A DNA stretch of 64,000 nucleotides from Clostridia bacterium (GTDB taxonomy: Bacteria > Bacillota > Clostridia > Oscillospirales > RGIG8002), in assembly GCA_017616855.1 (NCBI GenBank), contig JAFZXI010000019.1, forward strand, positions 2,163 through 66,162, in the 5' to 3' direction. A program made the translations under genes and the position numbers. Under the pieces are notes generated by a model. The model searched no databases. It was not told the DNA's origin and saw only the letters and a list, made by a program, of their open reading frames with translations. Of this stretch, positions 38,601-45,168 are shown piece by piece. How positions within the stretch are numbered: the stretch's first letter is position 1; every line of letters begins with the position of its first letter.

Positions 38601-39185
38601 CTCGCCTCCGGCGAAGACGTGAACGTCATGGTCTTCGATACCGAAGTTTACTCCAACACCGGCGGACAGGCGTCCAAGGCGAGCCAGATCGGCCAGGTCG
38701 CGCAGTTCGCCGCGGCGGGCAAGGCGATCGGCAAGAAGGACCTCGCGCAGATCGCGATGTCCTACGGCTACGTCTACGTCGCGCAGATCGCGATGGGCGC
38801 CGATATGAACCAGACGCTCAAGGCGCTGCAGGAAGCCGAGGCCTATCACGGCCCGTCGCTGATCATCGGCTACTCGCCCTGCGAGATGCACGGCGTCAAG
38901 GGCGGCATGACGAACAGCCAGTCCGAGATGAAGAAGGCGGTCGAAGCCGGTTACTGGCAGATGTTCCGCTTCAATCCGGCGCTCAAGGCGGAGGGCAAGA
39001 ACCCCTTCACGCTGGACAGCAAGGAGCCGTCCGCGGACTACATCGAGTTCATCAAGAACGAGACGAGATATACCCGCCTGATGCAGTCCTCGCCTGAGAG
39101 AGCGGAAGAGCTCTTCAACAAGGCGAAGGAGAACGCCGCCAAGAAGTATCAGCACCTCCTCAAGCTCAAGGAGCTTTACGAATAA
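35646..39185 (+). CDS. nifJ: Pyruvate:ferredoxin (flavodoxin) oxidoreductase
   Basis: 1179 aa. Two 4Fe-4S motifs (CLQCNQCAYVCP and CMGCGLCVNVCP) and TPP-binding GGDGWAYDIGFGG. Start set to ATG 35646 (GGAGGA RBS) rather than track position 35610. Confidence 0.95.
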   Translation: MARQRKSMDGNTAAAHVSYAFTEVAAIYPITPSSVMAELTDSWSAGGLKNIFGEKVKVMEMQSEAGAAGTVHGSLAAGALTTTYTASQGLLLMIPNMYKIAGELLPNVIHVSARCVASHALNIFGDHSDVYACRQTGYAMLAESNPQEVMDLGAVAHLSTIKGRVPFINFFDGFRTSHEIQKIEVWDYADLEEMIDKDAIAEFRARSINPEHPVLRGSAENGDIFFQHREACNKYYQALPAVVEEYMDKVNAKIGTDYKLFNYYGAPDAERVIVAMGSFCDVAEEVIDYMLAQGEKVGLVKVRLYRPFVADKFFAAIPKTVKAIAVMDRTKEPGSLGEPLYLDVVAALNMNGYSGKVVGGRYGLGSKDTPPSSVFAVFENLKADKPKHSFTVGIVDDVTGLSLEEKPAPDTAAPGTISCKFWGLGGDGTVGANKNSIKIIGDHTDKYIQAYFQYDSKKTGGVTISHLRFGDSPIKSPYYITKANFVACHNPSYMIKGYKIVNDVKPGGIFLLNCQWTPEEIETHLPAEAKRYIAENGIHFYTVNAIDKAREIGMGKRTNTILQSAFFALAKIMPIDEAVNFMKEAAKKSYMKKGEAVVEMNYKAIDAGVDAIVKVDVPESWKTIEVKPQEVDVEGKRPELVKFVKDIVVPVSKMNGDSLPVSKFVPHVDGTFPQGAAAYEKRGVAVDVPEWIPENCLQCNQCAYVCPHATIRPFAMNKEEAAAAPASTKTAQMKGKGCEDLVFTMSISPLDCMGCGLCVNVCPAKEKALQMVPQESQKEQQAAFDYAVAKVTKKQTPFADTTLKGSQFNQPLLEFSGSCAGCAETSYARLITQLFGERMYISNATGCSSIWGGSAPATPYTVNRDSGRGPAWANSLFEDNAEHGLGLYLGQKTIRTKLIGYVKELAEKVEDAEKKAIIDRYLETVDDGKANDAATKDLVAMLEGCDCELGKKILAEKSYLSKKSVWIFGGDGWAYDIGFGGLDHVLASGEDVNVMVFDTEVYSNTGGQASKASQIGQVAQFAAAGKAIGKKDLAQIAMSYGYVYVAQIAMGADMNQTLKALQEAEAYHGPSLIIGYSPCEMHGVKGGMTNSQSEMKKAVEAGYWQMFRFNPALKAEGKNPFTLDSKEPSADYIEFIKNETRYTRLMQSSPERAEELFNKAKENAAKKYQHLLKLKELYE

Positions 39186-39202
39186 TAGCGGCGCAAACTT
39201 TG

Positions 39203-39238
39203 GGCAGCCCCCTCAACCGAGGGGGCTGCCGTTTTGTT
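39203..39238 (+). terminator. Rho-independent terminator of the PFOR gene
   Basis: GGCAGCCCCCTC-AACC-GAGGGGGCTGCC followed by GTTTTGTT, 18 nt after the stop. Confidence 0.85.
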
Positions 39239-39264
39239 AAGTATTATAAATTGAAAATAATACA

Positions 39265-39297
39265 CAAAAAAGAAGCCCTCCCGATCGGGAGGGCTTC
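39265..39297 (-). terminator. Rho-independent terminator of the SPFH gene
   Basis: GAAGCCCTCCC-GATC-GGGAGGGCTTC with an A6 run on the plus-strand 5' side (a U-tract on the minus strand), 14 nt past the stop at 39311. Confidence 0.85.
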
Positions 39298-39310
39298 GAT
39301 TCTGTTTTGC

Positions 39311-40651
39311 TTACTGCGCGTCTCTGTCGTCGAAGATGTCGCCGCACTCGGGGCAGAACTTCGGCGGATGCTCCGGATCATCGGGGGTCCAGCCGCACTT
39401 GTCGCACTTATAGAGCTTTGCTCCGGCCGGCTTCGGTTTGCCGCACTCGGCGCAGAACTTGCCCTGATTGACGGCGCCGCAGTCGCAGGTCCAGCCCTGC
39501 GCGGGAGCCGGCTTCGGCTTGCCGCAGTTGGAGCAGAACTTCGCGGTGTTGCTCGCGCCGCATCCGCAGGTCCAAGCGTCGGCGGCGGGCTGCGCCTGCT
39601 GCTGAGCGGCGGCCTGCGCCTGCTGCTGCTGAACTCCGACGGCGTAGAAGTTCTGGGCGGCGTTGAATCCGCCACCGGCGGCTCCGCCCGCCATGCCCAT
39701 GCCGATGAAACCGTTCATCGCGCCGTTCGGATTGCTCGCGGCGTTCTCCATCGCGGTCGCGGTGGCGTTGGTCATACGGCCCGCCATCATGAAGGCGTTG
39801 GAGCCCATGGTCGCGGCGTCTTCCATCTCGTTGATCTTCTTCATATCCTCGTCGGTGAGGGTAATCGGGTTCAGCGCGATCTTCTCGACGGTGATTCCGC
39901 GGGTGTCGACCCACTCCATCTGGAGCGCCTGGTTCATCGCGGTCTTCAGCTCGGTGGACTTCGCCGGGAGCTGCGACGGACGCAGTCCGAGCTCGGACAT
40001 CGAGGCGAGCGCCGGAGTCAGCGCGTCGATGAACTCGGTCTTCAGCTGCTGGTCGATGCGGTCTCTGGTGTAGTCGGCTTCAACGTTGCCGCAGACTCTG
40101 GAGTAGAAGAGCAGGGGGTTGGTGATCGTGTAGGAGTAGACGCCGTTGCATCTGACCTGAACGGTCCTTCTCATGTTGATGTCCTTGTTGACGACGTCGA
40201 ACATGATGGGGTTCGGAGTGCCGAACTTGTTGCCCATTATCTCTTTGGTGTTGAAGAAGTAGATTCTCTGATCGTGGCCGGTGTCGCCGCCCATGGCGAA
40301 ACGCTTGCCGATGAGCTTGAAGGTCTCCTTCAGCGAGGTGCCGAACTTGCCGGCGAAGAGACTCGGCTCTGTCGAGGTGTCGTAAATGAATTCGCCGGGC
40401 TCGCCGGAGAACTCGACGACCTTGCCCTGATCGACGATGATCATGAACTGACCTTCGTTGACGGCGATCTTGGAGCCGTTGGAAATGATGTTGTCGCTGC
40501 CCTTGGTGTTACTGCTGCGCTTGCCGTTGACGACCTTCTGTCCCTTGGTGACGAGGACGTTTTCCGGTAATGCCTCGCAGTAGAAAAACTCTTTCCACTG
40601 ATCAGCGAGAACTCCGCCGATGGCGCCGAGGCCTGCTTTAATAAGTCCCAT
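39311..40651 (-). CDS. SPFH (stomatin/prohibitin-like, COG4260/YdjI-type) protein with three C-terminal zinc ribbons
   Basis: N-terminus MGLIKAGLGAIGGVLADQWKEFF... Gln/Ala-rich linker. Then WTCGCGASNTAKFCSNCGKPKP, WTCDCGAVNQGKFCAECGKPKP and YKCDKCGW...KFCPECG. Confidence 0.7.
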   Translation of the reverse strand: MGLIKAGLGAIGGVLADQWKEFFYCEALPENVLVTKGQKVVNGKRSSNTKGSDNIISNGSKIAVNEGQFMIIVDQGKVVEFSGEPGEFIYDTSTEPSLFAGKFGTSLKETFKLIGKRFAMGGDTGHDQRIYFFNTKEIMGNKFGTPNPIMFDVVNKDINMRRTVQVRCNGVYSYTITNPLLFYSRVCGNVEADYTRDRIDQQLKTEFIDALTPALASMSELGLRPSQLPAKSTELKTAMNQALQMEWVDTRGITVEKIALNPITLTDEDMKKINEMEDAATMGSNAFMMAGRMTNATATAMENAASNPNGAMNGFIGMGMAGGAAGGGFNAAQNFYAVGVQQQQAQAAAQQQAQPAADAWTCGCGASNTAKFCSNCGKPKPAPAQGWTCDCGAVNQGKFCAECGKPKPAGAKLYKCDKCGWTPDDPEHPPKFCPECGDIFDDRDAQ

Positions 40652-40721
40652 TGTAACATCTCCCTTTATCTTAGTTTTTTATTGCAGATTTCGTGGGCGT
40701 TTTCGCCCGTATACGTTTATT

Positions 40722-40750
40722 ATTATAACGCTGCGGATATGTTTCGTCAA
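40722..40750 (-). promoter_or_regulatory. Candidate sigma-A promoter of the SPFH gene
   Basis: Minus strand: TTGACG, 17 nt, TATAAT. The -10 ends about 70 nt upstream of the ATG at 40651. Confidence 0.55.
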
Positions 40751-40839
40751 GTGTTTTGATGTAAAAAACAAATGCGGGCATATGGGTAGAGGTTGATACC
40801 TGTATATTTACTACAATTATTTTGAAGACAAAATAAGTA

Positions 40840-40868
40840 TTGAAATAGCATGCTTATTGTGTTATAAC
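40840..40868 (+). promoter_or_regulatory. Candidate sigma-A promoter of the 282-aa gene
   Basis: TTGAAA, 17 nt, (TGt)TATAAC, about 80 nt upstream of the GTG at 40949. Confidence 0.45.
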
Positions 40869-40948
40869 TATTATGAAAAGCAGATGTAATATGTTAATCC
40901 CATCGTTTTTTCTTGATAATACCTAATGAATGAAGGAGGTCGAGTGAA

Positions 40949-41797
40949 GTGCGGAAAGTTATAAGCTCAATTACGGCTCTGATAATTATTGCAGCTATCA
41001 TGTTTTCGGCTCCAGCACGTGTCGCTGCAGTTAGTAATGATTATCCAAAGATCTCTTTTGAGTCTGAACGTGATATCATTTATCTTCCAATAGGTGACAG
41101 TATTGAATTGAAAATTAATAATCCGATGGTTTTGCCTATGTCTTGGCAGCCTATGGAACTGTCTTTCGCGAATATTGAGGGGCACGTTGCTTTCTTTACG
41201 CTTTGGAGATCAACTCAATCTGACGTAGTTGATTTTACGTCTGCTCACAAGCAAAAGTGGCCATCGAATTACGACACTGATCCAATGGTGGAGGAGGACG
41301 ACTGCTCCGACTGGTATGATAAGTACGAAGCGTATCTTGATTACGATTTTTCGGAAAATGACGTATATGTAACTTCCGAGGTCTCGCCGTATATGCCGGA
41401 TTATATGTATTCGGCCGAAATCGAAGCAAAGTCGAAAGGTGTTGCGGATATTAAGGCTGCTGTATGGGAGCACCGGTGTTACTGGACGTCGAGAGGCGTA
41501 CAGCGCATAAGAACGTTTCTTCCGTGCGACGTGGACGACGACGGGGAAGTAACGGTTTCCGACGCGTTGCTTGCGCTGCGTATGTATGTGCTTGAAGACG
41601 ATCTGCCCGAACACATCAGCGGGGAGGATATTATAGAGGATCCGTATCTCAACGTATGCTGGATACGCAATCCGGAAAATCCAGACTTCATCGGACGCCT
41701 CGTTGCGTCTTACGCTTGTGATGAGGGCGAAGAGTACAACGAGCTTACGATGGCCGACGTGCTCGCTGTTCTCAGGAGAGCCCTTGGGGGCGGATGA
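40949..41797 (+). CDS. Small secreted protein with a split dockerin-like C-terminus (282 aa)
   Basis: GTG start 8 nt after GAAGGAGGT. Signal peptide MRKVISSITALIIIAAIMFSAPARVAA. Canonical Ca-loop/helix DVDDDGEVTVSDALLALR (aa 194-211), then a degenerate second half DEGEEYNELTMADVLAVLRRAL (aa 257-278). Confidence 0.65.
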   Translation: MRKVISSITALIIIAAIMFSAPARVAAVSNDYPKISFESERDIIYLPIGDSIELKINNPMVLPMSWQPMELSFANIEGHVAFFTLWRSTQSDVVDFTSAHKQKWPSNYDTDPMVEEDDCSDWYDKYEAYLDYDFSENDVYVTSEVSPYMPDYMYSAEIEAKSKGVADIKAAVWEHRCYWTSRGVQRIRTFLPCDVDDDGEVTVSDALLALRMYVLEDDLPEHISGEDIIEDPYLNVCWIRNPENPDFIGRLVASYACDEGEEYNELTMADVLAVLRRALGGG

Positions 41798-41819
41798 TGA
41801 AAATATTTTCAAAAAACGC

Positions 41820-41847
41820 TTGACAAAAGCGGATACTGTGGTATAAT
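41820..41847 (+). promoter_or_regulatory. Sigma-A promoter of the infC-rpmI-rplT operon
   Basis: TTGACA, 16 nt (ending TGg), TATAAT. Confidence 0.7.
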
Positions 41848-41849
41848 AC

Positions 41850-41996
41850 CTTCGCAAAGGAACGGAAATACCGTTCCGGAAAGCAGAACCGCCGGAAGTT
41901 CTCGCCGGCCGTGACATGATTCGCGGCGGCCATACGGACCATAGGGATCGACTGACCTTGTGTAAACGGCTGTTTTGCACAAGGTCTTGTTTTTTT
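41850..41996 (+). promoter_or_regulatory. Ribosomal protein L20 leader (transcription attenuator) upstream of infC
   Basis: ~150-nt structured untranslated region between the promoter and infC. It ends in an intrinsic terminator, GACCTTGTG-(15 nt)-CACAAGGTC plus TTGTTTTTTT (41954-41996). Position and layout match the Firmicutes L20-leader arrangement; class membership was not verified by a covariance model. Confidence 0.6.
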
Positions 41997-42003
41997 AACG
42001 GAG

Positions 42004-42564
42004 GTGTTTAATATCGGTAAGGAGATGCTTTTGAACGAGCAGATAAGAGCGGCTGAACTCCGCGTCGTCGATTCCGACGGAACGCAGCTCGGCATCATGT
42101 CGAGCAAAGAAGCTCTGGATATCGCCGTCGCCAAAGGGCTCGATCTCGTAATGATCGCGCCGAACGCGACCCCGCCCGTCTGCCGCATCATGAACTACGG
42201 CAAGTATAAGTTCGAGCAGGCCAAGAAGGAAAAGGACCAGCGCAAGAACCAGAAGACCATCGAGCTCAAAGAGATCCGCCTGTCGTACAACATCGACGTG
42301 CACGATTTCGAAACCAAGCTCAACCAGGCGAAGAAGTTCATCGCCGCCGGCAACAAGCTCAAGGTCTCGATCCGCTTCCGCGGCCGCGAAATGGCGCACA
42401 CGGCTCTTGGTCAGGAGCGCATGGAGCGCTTTGCAGAGAACCTTTCCGAGATCGCGTCGGTTGACCGCGCGCCGAAGCTTGAGGGGCGCAACATGATGAT
42501 GTTCCTCACCCCCAAGCCGGTCAAGCCCGAAAAGGCGAAGAAACAGGAGTCAGAACAAAAATAA
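42004..42564 (+). CDS. infC: Translation initiation factor IF-3
   Basis: ..LLNEQIRAAELRVVDSDGTQLGIMS.. plus a conserved C-terminal domain. Start is uncertain: GTG 42004 overlaps the GGAGG; in-frame ATC 42013, ATG 42025 and TTG 42031 are alternatives. Confidence 0.85.
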   Translation: MFNIGKEMLLNEQIRAAELRVVDSDGTQLGIMSSKEALDIAVAKGLDLVMIAPNATPPVCRIMNYGKYKFEQAKKEKDQRKNQKTIELKEIRLSYNIDVHDFETKLNQAKKFIAAGNKLKVSIRFRGREMAHTALGQERMERFAENLSEIASVDRAPKLEGRNMMMFLTPKPVKPEKAKKQESEQK

Positions 42565-42581
42565 CATAAAGGAGAAAAACC

Positions 42582-42779
42582 ATGCCTAAAATCAAGACGC
42601 ACAGAGGAGCGGCGAAACGCTTTAAGGTTACGAAGAACGGTAAGGTCAAGATGTTCCACGCCTACAAGTCGCACATTCTGAACAAGAAGTCGACCAAGAG
42701 GAAGAGAAATCTGAGAAAGCCCACCATCGCGACACCCGCGAACGAGGCGAACCTCAGAAAAATGATGCCTTACAAATAA
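42582..42779 (+). CDS. rpmI: 50S ribosomal protein L35
   Basis: [22 protein letters not shown]..., 65 aa. Confidence 0.95.
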   Translation: MPKIKTHRGAAKRFKVTKNGKVKMFHAYKSHILNKKSTKRKRNLRKPTIATPANEANLRKMMPYK

Positions 42780-42821
42780 GAAACAAAGGCGTAACCGCCG
42801 AACAATAAAGGAGAGTTTACA

Positions 42822-43169
42822 ATGGCAAGAGTTAAGGGCGCAGTAACCACCAGAAAAAGAAGGAGAAAGATCCTGAAGCTCGCGAAGGGTTACAGAGGCG
42901 CGAAATCGAAGCTGTTCAAGACAGCTAACCAGGCAGTCACAAAGTCACTCGTTTACGCATATATCGGCAGAAAGCAGAAGAAGCGCAATTTCCGTCAGCT
43001 TTGGATCGCGCGTATCTCCGCCGCCTGCAGAGCGAACGGCACCAATTATTCCACCTTCATGAACAATCTCAAGAAGGCCGGCATCGAGCTTAACAGGAAG
43101 ATGCTTTCCGAAATGGCAATAAGCGATAAAGAGGGCTTTTCCGAGCTGATTGAAAAGGTTTCGAAATAA
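42822..43169 (+). CDS. rplT: 50S ribosomal protein L20
   Basis: [27 protein letters not shown]..., 115 aa. Confidence 0.95.
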   Translation: MARVKGAVTTRKRRRKILKLAKGYRGAKSKLFKTANQAVTKSLVYAYIGRKQKKRNFRQLWIARISAACRANGTNYSTFMNNLKKAGIELNRKMLSEMAISDKEGFSELIEKVSK

Positions 43170-43235
43170 TTTCGAGGCCTTTTCGGCATTTTTCGGCATA
43201 GGAAACCCGTCTTCGCAACAGCGGGGTGATGCGGT

Positions 43236-44048
43236 TTGAAGAACCTGTTGACCGTGACCGCCCCGGCCAACGAGGCGGTCAAATCCATCGCGAGATTGTC
43301 CTCATCCAAAAAGGCGAGGGACGAAGCCCGCGTCTTCGTGGCAGAGGGCATTAAGCTCGTGGAAGAGGCGCTTCGCGGCGGCTTCGAGCTGCTTGAGCTT
43401 TTCGTTTTGAAGGACGCGCTCGGCGCTTACGAAGGGCTTTTTCCGTCGGTCAGCGGCACCGTCTACGCGGTGACGCAGCCGATAATGAACAAAATAACCG
43501 AAAGCAAAACGCCGCAGGACATTACGGCGGTTTTTGCGTACAAATCTTGCGATACGGCGTTTGACGGCCGCAGATACCTCTGCCTTGAACGCGTGCAGGA
43601 GCCGGGCAACGTCGGCGCGCTGATCAGAAGCGCTGCCGCTTTCGGCTTCGACGGAGTCGTTCTTTCGGCGGACTGCGCCGACGTCTATTCCGTAAAGGCG
43701 CTCCGCGGCGCGATGGGCGCGACGTTTCGCTTGCCGGTGAAGGTCGTGGGCGACCTGCGCGGCTTCGTGCGAGAAATGCGCTCCGCCGGCTTCAAGGCCT
43801 ACGCCGCCGCGCTGCGCGACGACGCCGTTTCGCTCGAAAAGGCGGAGTTCGCGGAAAAACTGCTGCTGCTCATCGGCAACGAGGGCAACGGGCTTGACGC
43901 GGAGACCGTCGCGCTTTGCGACGGGATCGTCCGCATACCGATGGCGGACGGGACGGAGTCCCTGAACGCCGCCGTCGCGGGAAGCGTGCTTATGTGGGAG
44001 GTGTCCGAATGGAGAAGAAACTCGCAGTCTGGCTCTCACAGCGCGTAG
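43236..44048 (+). CDS. TrmH/SpoU-family RNA 2'-O-methyltransferase
   Basis: 270 aa. SpoU motifs LERVQEPGNVGALIRSAAAFG, LLIGNEGNGL and IPM.....SLNAAVAGSVLMWE. TTG start. Confidence 0.75.
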   Translation: MKNLLTVTAPANEAVKSIARLSSSKKARDEARVFVAEGIKLVEEALRGGFELLELFVLKDALGAYEGLFPSVSGTVYAVTQPIMNKITESKTPQDITAVFAYKSCDTAFDGRRYLCLERVQEPGNVGALIRSAAAFGFDGVVLSADCADVYSVKALRGAMGATFRLPVKVVGDLRGFVREMRSAGFKAYAAALRDDAVSLEKAEFAEKLLLLIGNEGNGLDAETVALCDGIVRIPMADGTESLNAAVAGSVLMWEVSEWRRNSQSGSHSA

Positions 44049-45109
44049 GTCCCGCCACGCGGACGGCCGATACGCTTCTAAAGGCGTTCGGCAGCTGCGG
44101 CGCGGTGTACGAAGCGGGGAAGAGCGACTTAATCGCCGCCGGCGTAACCAACGAAAAGGCGCTGAAGCTCCTGCTCGATAAGGATTTGAAAAGCGCGGAG
44201 GAGACTCTCGCCGCTTGCGAGCGGCTGGGAGTGCGCGTCATTCCTTACGCCTCGGAGGAGTATCCGCAGCGGCTTGCGAACATTTACGCTCCGCCCGTAC
44301 TGCTTTACGCGCAGGGCGTGCCGCTCGAAGCGGATAAGCTTCCGCTGATTTCGATAGTCGGAACTCGCAGCTGCACCGAATACGGACGCAAAGCGGCGTA
44401 CACCCTCGCGGGCAAGCTCGCGCTGCGCGGCTTCACCGTCGTAAGCGGCCTCGCGATCGGCATCGACGGAGCCGCACTCGCCGGCGCCGTAAGAGCCGAC
44501 GGAAAGACCGTCGGCGTGCTCGGGTGTGGACACGGGCTGAACTATCCCGCCGAAAACTACGGTCTCCGCAGAGCGATGCTGAAAAAGGGGACCGTCATAT
44601 CGGAGTACGCTCCGATGAGCAAGATAAGCAAGGGCAACTTCCCGCTCCGCAACCGCATAATGGCGGGGCTTTCCGTCGGAGTCGTCGTTATCGAGGCGCC
44701 GGAGGACAGCGGAGCGCTGATAACCGCCAAATACGCCCTGGAATACGGCAGAGACGTCTTTGCCGTCCCGGGCAACATCAACTCCTACGAGAGCGTCGGC
44801 AGCAACCGCCTGATCAGGGACGGCGCCGAAGCCGTTACCGACGCCGACGACGTCGTCAGGGAGTATATCCAGCTTTTCCCGTCGATAGCGGCGAAGCCGC
44901 CTAAGGCGGAGAAGCCCGCGCAGGCGGACGATTCCGACCTCAATGAGAGGGAAAAGAGGATCGTTTCGCTGCTTTCCGAAGAACCGACCACGCTCGAGGA
45001 AATCCTCGGCAAGACCGGACTCAGCGTGCAGGAGGCGCTTTCAACGCTTTCCATGCTTGAGATAAAGGGGCGCTGCAAATCGCTCCCGATGAAGAAGTAT
45101 TCGCTTTGA
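44009..45109 (+). CDS. dprA: DNA-processing protein DprA (Smf)
   Basis: Rossmann-like core ISIVGTRSCTEYG..., SGLAIGIDGAALAGA and SGALITAKYALEYGRDVFAVPG. Start set to ATG 44009 (GGAGG 8 nt upstream). Followed by topA as in many Firmicutes. Confidence 0.85.
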   Translation: MEKKLAVWLSQRVGPATRTADTLLKAFGSCGAVYEAGKSDLIAAGVTNEKALKLLLDKDLKSAEETLAACERLGVRVIPYASEEYPQRLANIYAPPVLLYAQGVPLEADKLPLISIVGTRSCTEYGRKAAYTLAGKLALRGFTVVSGLAIGIDGAALAGAVRADGKTVGVLGCGHGLNYPAENYGLRRAMLKKGTVISEYAPMSKISKGNFPLRNRIMAGLSVGVVVIEAPEDSGALITAKYALEYGRDVFAVPGNINSYESVGSNRLIRDGAEAVTDADDVVREYIQLFPSIAAKPPKAEKPAQADDSDLNEREKRIVSLLSEEPTTLEEILGKTGLSVQEALSTLSMLEIKGRCKSLPMKKYSL

Positions 45110-45168
45110 TTCAGTAAATAATCCCGCTCCGAGAGGGGCGCCGGAGCGATCCGGAGGAAGGATAAGAT

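Noticed and set aside
35625-39155. 1176-aa ORF antisense to the whole PFOR gene
   Set aside because: It is the codon-phase mirror of a GC3-rich gene: sense codons ending in G or C give antisense codons starting with C or G, which can never be stops. The translation is Arg/Gly/Ala/Val/Leu-rich and low in complexity with no recognisable motifs, whereas the plus strand carries unambiguous PFOR motifs.
41210-41980. 256-aa minus-strand ORF opposite the low-GC 282-aa gene
   Set aside because: The translation is Arg-rich with no signal or domain features. The plus-strand frame has a strong RBS, a signal peptide and a dockerin motif.
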